Below are positions 9,020-19,151 of a stretch of 20,578 nt of DNA, piece by piece. Under the pieces are notes generated by a model that saw only the letters and a list, made by a program, of their open reading frames with translations, was not told the origin of the DNA and did no database searches. The stretch is from Rotaria sp. (taxonomy: Eukaryota). The stretch's first letter is position 1; each line of letters begins with the position of its first letter. Both the position numbers and the translations under genes were made by a program. The DNA lies in NCBI GenBank assembly GCA_905250055.1, contig CAJNOF010001387.1:1-20578 (forward strand). Reading direction: 5' to 3'.

Positions 9020-12000
9020 ATGATACTGAACAAAATGTATGAAGATAGCTCACCAATGATATCCGACGGCGACGCAGAAGAGGAAGAAGGAGACGATATG
9101 GGTTTTGGCTACTTCGATGACATGCCACAGTCTTTTTGCTCAATCTCTCGTAAGTTTTACATTTGATATGATATACGATCTAAAAGAAAAGGATATTGAT
9201 ATATATATATATAGTAGACATTTAATATCATTCTTCTTTTATTACATCTCATGAATATTAAACAACACAAAATATATATTGAGTTAATCATTTAGGTTCA
9301 CATCCATATAAATATATTTTAATGTTGCTTTTTAAAAAAATCAATCTAGAGAGTATATTATTATATAATATTTAATGACAATAATTGAATCTCAATATAC
9401 TGATTTCGTGGAGAAACTGGAAGTGATATTTTGATGTTTAGAAATAAAAAACTTGAATTCTGTTTCAGAGCAACAAATATTCTTATCATAATTTCATGTT
9501 CAACAATCAGTTTCGATATTCTGTATTTTTCTTTTAGAAATGAAGGCCGGAGGTCCAACAATAGAATCCGTCGACGAGGCGGAGGATATGCGCTTCGACT
9601 TATTTGGTATGCATACATCAACTATAGTATTTTTTACAGAAGTATCTGATGTGCTATTGAGATTTTATCAAAGAAGATTAAACAAGAAATTTGAAGTATT
9701 GAGAGTAGAAACTTGTATGACTTGATCAAGATCGTGACAAACGTTATTGATATATGAATACAGATCATATATTAGTAATAGCTTGCTACGATATATCAAA
9801 ACTTCTTTATTATTAATATTGCAAGAGATTTATGAAGAAGTTATTTGTATCCACTATAGGGGTCTAAAAAATAAATCAATGATCGTTTATCTATTTCAAT
9901 ATATAATCTTTTCATCGATGACTGAAGCTCACTCAGGAATCAAAAATTTATAATAAATTAGTTACTTGTTTCTATATATAATTCTACTTATTTCATATTT
10001 GGAATGCAACTATTCCTTTTAGAGTACATGCCTGAGCAAGAACCGAGTTCAATATCAATACAAGAAGCGTCGGAATTAATAGAGTCAGACAAACGAGTCG
10101 ATGATATGGATTGGAGTGTTTTGGACACGATGGATGAGTCCTCCATTGTTTATCCCCGTAAGTAATACAACTTCTATTATAATAAGATCCTGTCATAGTT
10201 TCGTCTAAACGAGACATTTTTTTTTTGTGAAAATTTGCGCATAAAACATTGTTATCGATCGAAGCAATTTCTATGCTAAATGTAATCAAAAATTACAGTT
10301 GATTAATAGAATAAGTTTGTTCTTTCATAATTTAAAAAATTTAATTTTTAAAATTTCACAATAAATCACGGTAATGCAACAGCAATGATTCAGAGAAAAA
10401 TCATTGTACTCAATTTGAATGACATAAATTGATCTTTAAAATTAAAGTCTACTCAAATATCTTGCATAAAAAGTTATTGAACTTCTTTTCGGCTAGATTA
10501 TCAAGCACTATATCTTTAATAATTCCATATCATTTATTCAGACCCAACATATTTCGGCAAAAAATTGCTCATCGTACTAATTTTGTTGTAATATTTTCTT
10601 TATAACTCGTAGTAGTTGTCTTTAGTGAAAAAAAAGTGTTTAATTTTGAACTGCTATGAAGCTATAACTGGGAATTGATTTTTAGCGAAAGAATATCGAT
10701 TACAATTCGCATCAATAATAAATTTTCCGGAAGAACAATCGTCTGTGCCACATATACCTGAGTTACGCAGCAGAGATAGTGTTGGAGGTAGTGATTTGTC
10801 TTATGCACGATTCACCGATACGCGTAAGTCTCCTTTAATGGATTATAAATTGGCTACTATAAAAATCATTTCAGGTGCTGATGAAGAAGTTTCCATGAAA
10901 ATGAAAGAGAGTGAGAACATAGAGAAGATCGCTAATGGCATTATATTTATTTCATAATATTCTTTTTATAGAACCTGTGCCTGCACCACCACCACCACCA
11001 CCACTATTTGCATCAACAACAATGGCTCCCCAACTATCAACACATACTACTATGAAGCAAGCGTCTGTATTTCCTGTAGTATATAATGTAATCATTAGCA
11101 TTTCCTATTAGATTGCCGACTAAAGGAAGACTGCCAAAACCATCTTCAGCAAAAATATCTATGTCTGAATCATTGATAAGACCTCTTGGTAGCATCAACT
11201 ATTCTATGGCTCAACCTCAAGGTAAAACCTAAATTTTGATCTACCAATGCTTATATTCACTTTTGATGCCATATAAATTCTATTTATGTTCGGATTTCTT
11301 GAAACTGACTGTTTATTAACAAATTATCTAAAATTATGACTACGCCCAAACTACAAAAGAGATTAATTTTTTAATGATGTTTTTTGTTTTTTTCAAGTGC
11401 ACATGAACTAATCGAACGTATTTCATGTTTTTTTTTTGTCTTTGGAATTGAACTTGAATTGACAGAATAATGATTTCTATAAGACATCTTACCACTCGCT
11501 GTTCAGTGCTTATGTTGATCAAAATTATAACATTTAGAATTTTTCCTATAATAGAAAATATAATAAACTTGGCAGAAAATGCATTCATAAAATACAAAAA
11601 AGAGAAAGTCAAAGTTTCAAATAACTTAAGAAATAGATCAAAGAAATGTCTTCGTCTTTAGTACTTAAAGAAAAACAAATTAGTAATAAAAAAAACTATG
11701 TAAGATTTGCATTGACAAATAATGTATCGATTTACATATCTTTTTTAACGTAAATACAAAATCAATAATTAACATGACAGATATTTCTTTGAAACCGAAA
11801 TTTACTTCGTTCACATATACCTAGACATTTATTGACCGAAAAATTTCACACGTTAAATTTAAAATGTTCAAAAATTTTTGCAGTTAAAAAACAAAAATTG
11901 AATTTTGAACATCAGCACTTTTTTCTTGTTTTTCCTCAGTGTCAAAGACTTTACAGTACAGTGACATTATCCCTAGAAAATATACTGCGTTAAGGGTACC

Positions 12001-14499
12001 CAAAAAAGTACCCTGATACCAGTATGTCACAGGAACTTTTAGGTACCAAAGTACTTGTAGGTACCTACAGGTACTTAAGTGGTACTTTGGCAAGTACCCT
12101 GCTGGAAAATACACAGTAATTGGATACCTCAAGGTACTGATCAAGTTCTGAATTGGGTACCATTGTATAGTATTTCTAAGTACCATGTTACCAAATTTTC
12201 AGTATCCCAGGATCGAACCTGATCTTTGACTCTCTAAACGTTTTCTTTTTCTTGAGATATTTTACTGAATTTTTTTTAAATTTTATTCAACTTAATTTTT
12301 TTATTCAATTTTAGTTCTTTTATTCAATTTAATTCTTTTTATCCAATTTAACTTTTTTCAATTCTAAACACTTATCAGATGCTATGTCGGGATCCGACTT
12401 GACTTGAGTTGATCGTAGACCACTTCAGGATAGTCCAATCTTAATTTACGACCAAGCTCGGCATTTTCTCCACTAAGAAATAGTCAAGAAATAATTTAGA
12501 AAAAAATTAGTATGAAAATAGATTAATTTCTTATGATTTATCGAGTTGTTTATATACAGTCATGCATAAAAAAGAAAGCGGTGAACGAATAGTTGCCACA
12601 CAGAACGCGACAAATTTCAGATACCTTGTCGAGCTTTCCTCAGTAAAGTTATAGACTTGAGTATCCATGCAGGTACTTATTCAGTAAATGTACTTTTACC
12701 GGTACCCCAAACAGTACCTACGTCAGTAAAATTACTGAGAATTTTCAAAGTACCTTTACTGGGTACCCTACTAGAGCTTTCTCAGTACATGGGTACCCTG
12801 AACTCAGTAATTTCTCTAGAGATATTACAAATACAAAAATGAATTTTCTACATGCTTGATAAATGTTTTCAAGAATTGTATCGTAATACATGAAACATTA
12901 AAAAAAATGAGTTTACTGATTAAATACCTCTTTTTTTTACTTTGTCCTTCTCAATATATTTGAATGAAATTCTATTAGAATCTATCAGTCGTTCTCTTTT
13001 AGTTGGGGCTTTAGCTGACCCCTACTATATGTACTATTCACCTGGTGCTAATTTACCGCCTATTTCTCGTAAGTTACAGTTAGAATGATATTTATTTATT
13101 TTTATTTTTGTTTGATATCATGAGATTTCTAATCAATTCAATATGGCATGAATTCATTTAGAGTCAACAACTGTTGGTACTGCTCCTCTACCACCTTTCC
13201 CACGAATGCCTCCACCACCACCTCCTCCACGAATGCCTCCACCACCTCCTCCACCATCTTTTCCACAAATGTATTCATCATATGCTCCACTGCCTCAAAA
13301 ATCAACAGTAGCATCAACAACGTCATTCTCACAAGGTGATTATTACCAACAGACTTCATTCGATAGAAACATCTTACAACTAAGTAACAGTAGAAGTTTC
13401 ATTTATTCATATCTATATCAGTTTTATTTTTCAGTTAAATTTCCCCATATTTTATTTTTATTTATTATCTTCTTTGAAAGTTAAACAGTTTTATGCATCA
13501 AAGAAAAATAGTATAACAAATATGTTAACATATGTTGAAGATTTCAGAATAGTGTTAAGTACTTAAAAATATAAGCAAAATACATATATTTCATTATATT
13601 AATTCGTTTCAAATCTATGATACTATCATTTTCAATATTTCTAAGGTTCATTCACTAGTCTTTTATGTTGTTAGCCAAACATTGCAATTAAATGTTTTAC
13701 TAACAAAAGAAAAGATCACTATAATGAATGTTGAATTAAGTATTCATTAGATTTCACCTATTTTTTCATTCTTGAGAACTGCAGATATGAATGCATGTGT
13801 AAAATTAGCCAAATGACTCTTTAATTGAATAATAACCGCAGAAACTAAATCCTCAAAGTATAAACTCGTGTTCAAGACTAAATTGGAGCAAGCTTACTAT
13901 TTGAGTGGTCACTTATAAAACTACTTTTCCTTTTGCAGCTCCTCAAATGGAACTTCCAAACGCACTTCAAGCACAATCATTGTTACTAGACGAGTCAGCA
14001 GCTCTATATGGTAGTGAAGGTAGTCGTATGGAATCTTCAGCGACACAAACAACAACAACAACAACAACAGCAATGGCATTACATCCTTGGGCAAGTACTA
14101 GTAAGTCTCATTCCCTATGAATTTCCTGGTTATCTCTGTGAATATAATATGAAGGTGGAAAAAGTTTGCCACGTAGTGCTCAACATGGCAAATCAATGAT
14201 TGTTGCCAAGAAATCACAAACTTCAATGGATGGTAAGTTAGTTGAGATCATTTATTTATTTACTCTAAGTTCTTCTCTACAGATGAAGAGAGATGCGATG
14301 AGCGAATTGATATGAAACGCGGTGCTTCCATGAAAAAGTCATTCGCCTTCATCGGAGTACGTACATTCATATGGAACCCTTTAATGAATATTTCGTTTTC
14401 TTCTAGAAGAAAGTGGACAACAGAAAGATGAGAAGTGGTCTTTTCAACGATGGAGAATCGCATTTTACAGCTTTTAAGAAGAAAACAATCACACCGTAA
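9020..14499 (+). CDS. Multi-exon gene encoding an acidic, proline-rich low-complexity protein with no recognisable domain; it may continue by splicing into the Hsp70 SBD exons that start at 14557
   Basis: Proposed exons: 9020-9149 (MILNKMYEDSSPMISDGDAEEEEGDDMGFGYFDDMPQSFCSIS), 9538-9606 (MKAGGPTIESVDEAEDMRFDLF), 10023-10157 (PEQEPSSISIQEASELIESDKRVDDMDWSVLDTMDESSIVYP), 10686-10823 (SVPHIPELRSRDSVGGSDLSYARFTDT), 10972-about 11062 (PVPAPPPPPPLFASTTMAPQLSTHTTMKQ), 11112-11221 (LPTKGRLPKPSSAKISMSESLIRPLGSINYSMAQPQ), 13003-13068, 13162-13335 (alternatively to 13383; FPRMPPPPPPPRMPPPPPPPSFPQMYSSYAPLPQK), 13939-14100 (poly-Thr from (ACA)n), 14155-14232, 14283-14356, 14407-14499 (TAA). Donors are GTAAGT, GTATGC or GTACGT, and phases are consistent except at the 5/6 junction, which needs a weak GTCTGT donor at 11063. 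The 5' introns are unusually long (390-1780 bp). Whether this is one gene, and the exact boundaries, are uncertain. Confidence 0.5.
11993..12195. repeat. GTAC/GGTACC-rich diverged repeat block in the 1.78 kb intron (copy 1)
   Basis: gggtacccaaaaaagtaccctgataccagtatg...ggtaccaaagtacttgtaggtacctacaggtacttaagtggtactttggcaagtaccctg contains more than 12 GTAC cores, several of them as the palindromic GGTACC. Confidence 0.6.
12670..12810. repeat. GTAC/GGTACC-rich diverged repeat block (copy 2, same orientation as copy 1)
   Basis: ccggtaccccaaacagtacctacgtcagtaaaat...caaagtacctttactgggtaccctactagag...catgggtaccctgaactcagtaat. Compare ggtaccccaaacagtacct here with ggtacccaaaaaagtaccct in copy 1. Confidence 0.55.
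14046..14069 (+). repeat. Coding (ACA/AAC)n trinucleotide microsatellite giving a poly-Thr run
   Basis: acaaacaacaacaacaacaacaacag translates in frame as TQTTTTTTTA. Confidence 0.8.
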
Positions 14500-14556
14500 A
14501 TTTTAATTTATATCACGTCAATACTTAAGATCAATTATTATTTTATTAAAATTTAG

Positions 14557-16099
14557 CATTCAATCATCAATAGAACTATGTTCAATAGTTGACGAATCTG
14601 TAGATAATATCCTTCTTCTCGATGTTTGTCCACTTGGTCTTGGTATTGAAGATATTCATGGTCAAATGCACACATTTATTCGTCGTAATACTACCATTCC
14701 AACATGTACACAATTCTATCCAATATTCACCAATGCTTATGCCTATCAAATAACAGCTACTATTCGTATATTTGAAGGCGAACACAATCTTACAAAATAC
14801 AATGTATGCATATGCAGTTTTCGCAATTTAATAGCTTCTTTTTTTTATTGTAGAATTTTTTGGGTGAGTTTAACCTTTGTGGTCTGACGAGTAATTATGC
14901 TGCTCAGACACTTGAAATCTCTATTCGAATGGATCTTGATGCTAATGGTATACTTCATGTCGACGCTGAAGAAACACGTTCGGGTGCCAAAGCTTCCTTT
15001 ACTATCACATCTAATGATCATCAAAGTATAATAATTCTATAATTATTTGATATCGTAATCAAATCGTATTTATATTTATGTAGGATTAACAAAAGATGAT
15101 ATTGAGCGACATATTACATATGTTAACAGTGATCCAAGTTTTGCAGCTAAATCAGGTGAGTCCGAAAAATATAAATGATATTTAATTATTATTATTATTT
15201 TCTAGTTTATGATCGCAAATCCAATGATCCATTGTACAAGGTTTCTACTATGACATTTTTTTTTCTCAGTTCAGCCATTTACTTCTCGGATATTTTTTTA
15301 GCTCGATGGTGAAACTGAATCTGTACTACACAATTTTTCTGGTGAAACCATGGATTCATGTGGTAATTTATTAATTGTCTTTATAGAAAACGATAATATT
15401 TCAATTTAGATCAAATGTCTAACGCACCTCTTCTTAGTAAACTGAAAGATGTTCGATCTTCTGCAACCATGATTGAAGAACTTTTCAAACTTCAATCTAA
15501 GGTTACATGATTTTGAAATTTCATTAAATATTTATTGTTTTGTATTTAATTCGAATATAGGATGGATCGTTTACATTGAATAAAGATTTAGCTGATGTAT
15601 TTCAAATTGATGTTGGTACTTTTAATGGTCTTGAAAATTACTTACGTGAACAAGGTTTCAACTCATTCGGTACTGTTTAATAGTTTATTATTAACCTATA
15701 GAAATATGAGATTTTTCGTTCTTTTTAGCATTGAATATACGGAATGAAATACTTTGTTTAATTGGCACAGGTGTTATTCTTATTTGGCTTACTCTTCAAA
15801 CACTAGTGTCACAACAAAATACATTTCAATTTTTATTTGATATTGAACAAATGAAAGTAATCAATGGTTTTTTTTTGTTAATTTTTCATTTCCTACATTG
15901 ATTTCTATATATATTGAAGATTCATCTTTGCAATCATTTACCTGCTAATGTGAACCATCAAATAAATAAAGCGATCGAATTCTATCAACGAACAAATCAA
16001 CGTATTGACCTGTATTGCCAACAATTAGAACTAAGTGATTCATCATGGAATATGTTTATTCAGCGTTTACTTATTGGCGTCGATCGCAGCCGCAGCTAA
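14557..16099 (+). CDS. Divergent Hsp70-family substrate-binding domain (SBD-beta and start of lid) plus a novel C-terminal region; no nucleotide-binding domain present
   Basis: Exons: 14557-14803, 14854-15025, 15084-15155, 15206-15240, 15302-15362, 15410-15501, 15561-15654, 15771-15856, 15920-16099 (TAA). The translation SIVDESVDNILLLDVCPLGLGIEDIHGQMHTFIRRNTTIPTCTQFYPIF...IRIFEGEHNLTKYNNFLGEFNLCGL...EISIRMDLDANGILHVDAEETRSGAKASFTITSNDHQRLTKDDIERHITYV lines up with canonical Hsp70 [37 protein letters not shown]...[23 protein letters not shown]...IEVTFDIDANGILNVSA...[20 protein letters not shown]. The first in-frame ATG (14666) falls inside the beta-sandwich, so a separate start is unlikely. 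The acceptor at 14556 is in phase 2 and matches a GTAAAT donor at 14496, which overlaps the TAA of the upstream gene. Downstream exons are phase-consistent but use weak donors (GTTTCT, GTTACA, GTTTCA). Confidence 0.65.
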
Positions 16100-17183
16100 A
16101 ACTAATGACCAAACAGTGACTTGTTTAATTTTTTTTAGATGTGGGTTCTTTTTCACGCTCTTATTATTCTAATCATGAAATGTTTTGATAAAAACTAATA
16201 ACAATTTTAATGTATTAATATACAAAATAAATTTCATATAGTTAGAAAAAATCTGATTTCAATTTTGGACCATTAATATCTTCACCAATATTCGAAAACA
16301 AAACAAACTTTTAGTAACGAGATCGTTTAAAATGTTCATTATATGCTGATCATTTTCCGATAGAATATGAATCGAACTCTAGATTTTCTTTTAATATTGT
16401 CTAAGTATTTTCTTGAGAAATATTGTACTAAATATTAATAAGGCAAATCCCTATCAATTCACCGTGCGCACGCCTTCAGATATGGAAATCAAAATAAATA
16501 ATTTATTTTTGATATTGAATTGTATTCTCAATTCTATAAACTTATTTCAAATCTACTATATTAATATAAGATCTTGTACAGATAAAAACAAATAATTTTT
16601 GTGACAGTCAATATATGAATACATTGAGATATATTAACAAACAATAATAGTCATTCAAATAAATATGACAAAAAAATATCTTCAATATTTCATCTATGGT
16701 ACTCAAATATAACAAAAATAATATATTAATAAAATCTTGAGCATTGTTGATAGTCAAGAATCGAAGGCGAATGTTCAGAATTCGTTTTTATGTTCTCTAG
16801 GAAAGCTTACCTTTTCGTTATGATTCTACTACTAGTATTTAGTCACTTGAAAGAATCATTTTGTATTAGTAGAAAATTTTTAAATGTTAGATTGTTTTAT
16901 CTAATTGAATACATGTAAAATAAAGTTAATGAATAAAATAATTAAAGAAAAATCTTCAAAATCTTAGCTATGGTTTTAGTTTTTCCTTATATTTCGTAAA
17001 ATTTTATTATAAGCAATTTTTTCATTCAAATTATTCATCATCTGAGAATATGACGTTATATCAATAAATATATTGCCACGTCTACCAAAATTTATATTTA
17101 GGCAATAATAACAGCAAAAGAATTAGTAATGTTATTTCATCATAATTGCACAAGTTTGTTTTCAGAATTACTCATCTGCTCAC

Positions 17184-17190
17184 TATAAAA
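17184..17190 (+). promoter_or_regulatory. TATA box (tataaaa) about 57 bp upstream of the ATG of the UBA-NYN gene
   Basis: cactataaaaggttcgac. The spacing to the ATG at 17247 suits a TSS near 17215 and a short 5' UTR. Confidence 0.55.
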
Positions 17191-17246
17191 GGTTCGACTT
17201 TTCTGTTGTGTTTTTCATTTCACTTTATTTCCAAGTAAGTACAGTT

Positions 17247-19151
17247 ATGGATACAAATCAACAACAATACGATGAACAATTACAAATTCTTCAAGAACGT
17301 TATCCACAAACATCAAAAGACAAATTAATTCGTCTTTTACAACGACATAATAAAGATGTCGATCAGGTATATAATAGAGGATTTTTAGTTTTGAATTTAC
17401 AATACATTTCAAAGCCCGCTAATACCTCCCATGCGGGTGAATGGAGGTTGCTCAATACATATATATCGAGCGTAAAACATTTTGAAATAATTTTGTTATT
17501 TAGATTCAAATTTATCTGTTTATTTATTAACATTTGTAAATATAAATATGAATATTTTGATTAGGTTTGTGCACGCCTTATTCAAAAAGAAGATCGTGCT
17601 AATAAACGTAATACACTTGAAACACGTTTCGGAACTGCATTAACAGCATTACAGCAAGAACTACCATGGATTCAATCAATGAGACGCATTCGCTTATTGA
17701 AAATGATGGAGCGTTTCAATGGTGATATTGAACAAGTTCGAAAATTTTTACAAACTTCATTAGAAAGACATCGTAAACATGGTGAAAGTTCGAACGTATC
17801 TAAACTTGAACAACAAGAAGAACTAAAAGCAAAATATGCAACTCAATTAGCTGAATTAAGTGCAGCTGGTATTGATATTAATTGTTCATGTATACTTCGA
17901 CGATTGGAGAAAAATCAAGGTGATATTACTAAGGTAATATATTTCTTTGTATTTCAAAAAATATAATAATACATAATTAAATATCGAAATTCAATAATAG
18001 ATTATGGAAAAAATCTCGCACCGCGCAGCAAAGAAAGAAAAATTAGCAATGCTTGATAAAAAATATACGCATGAAATAGCCCAACTCGAAGCTGATGGTG
18101 TTGTTGTTAAAAATAAACATAATTTAATACGTTTATTAGAAAAAGCGAATGGACAAATTGATGTTGCTAAACAACTTTTAAATGAAAAAAAAGAAAAACA
18201 TGATAAAAAACATCGAGATAAAACAAAAGAAAAAACTGATGAAAAAGATTCAAAATTAAGAAAACGACGTGAATTAAGTGCTGATAATATTAATAATCTT
18301 AAACGACTTCGTTCAGCTGGTGTTCATGGAAATCCAAAAAAAATACTGGCAATATTTCATGAATGTAATCAATCAATTGAAGTGGCAATTGCTCGGAATC
18401 ACGAAGAACAAGAACGACGCCATCAATCTCAACATGAACGAAAATTAGTAAGAATTTATTTTAAACTTAATTCTTTTAATATTTTATTCTCTGATAGAAA
18501 CGCCAACTATTAGCTGAAGCTGAAAATAGTTATATAACAATCAATAATCGTGATGATTGGCCAAAAAATATTGAAAAAGTTTATTTAGATGGAAACAATA
18601 TGATGTTTGTCGTTGATTCTCTTCGTCGTTTATGTTTAAATCGTGCTGGTAAAAAAACTGAACGTGCTTTAGGAGAATTAGCTTCTGCATGGAATGAACA
18701 AATGCATATACAATATGTTGAACTTATCTTTGATTCAACACATCAATTAGATCAAATTGGTACAATTAAAGTTTCAAGTGCTCAACCTAAATATCGAACA
18801 ACTGATGATATGTTAGTTGAAATAGCACGACAAGATGACAATCGTGAAAAAAATAATCGTACCGTTGTTGTAACATCTGATCGAGGTTTAGCTGCACTTG
18901 TAAGTTTATATATATTGTTTGTTTTATTATTTCAAACTTTATTTTTCTGTCCTACTCTGTAGTTACAACGTGAAGGATGTTTATTGGTTAAATCATATCA
19001 TTGGTTTGCACATTGTGTTATGACTTTGGCACCGGATTTGATTGATTTTGAAGAATTAAAAGATAAGACAATAGCAACAACATCAGCAAAAAAGAAAAAT
19101 CGTTATAATTTTGATGAACTTCTCCATCGTATTGCGAATATTGATATATAA
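17247..19151 (+). CDS. Protein of about 508 aa with five tandem UBA/CUE-like three-helix repeats followed by a YacP/Rae1-type NYN (PIN-like) ribonuclease domain
   Basis: Exons: 17247-17366, 17565-17933, 18001-18447, 18498-18899, 18963-19151 (TAA). Donors are GTATAT, GTAATA, GTAAGA and GTAAGT, every junction is phase 0, and the total of 1527 nt gives 509 codons. Repeats: DKLIRLLQRHNKDVDQV, RRIRLLKMMERFNGDIEQVRKFL, CSCILRRLEKNQGDITKV, HNLIRLLEKANGQIDVAKQLL, KKILAIFHECNQSIEVAIA. The NYN region KVYLDGNNMMFVVDSLRRL...VELIFDS...RTVVVTSDRGLAAL parallels bacterial YacP LLVDGYNMIGAW...VIVVFDA...IHVATSD. Confidence 0.8.
17415..17448 (+). other. GC-rich interleaved complementary segments (pseudoknot-like) inside the 198-bp first intron of the UBA-NYN gene
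   Basis: cccgc(17415-19)...acctcc(17424-29)...gcggg(17433-37)...ggaggt(17443-48) gives two stems arranged a-b-a'-b'. This intron is 4 times the usual length. Confidence 0.25.

Noticed and set aside
12201-12224. tRNA-like T-arm (rc gatcAGGTTCGATCCTGGgatac, B-box-like GGTTCGATCC) and a GGTTCGAAT at 6773
   Set aside because: Only a 4-bp stem with a 6-nt loop. There is no acceptor stem, D-arm, anticodon arm or A box in the flanking AT-rich sequence. At best it is a SINE or tRNA relic and not a gene.
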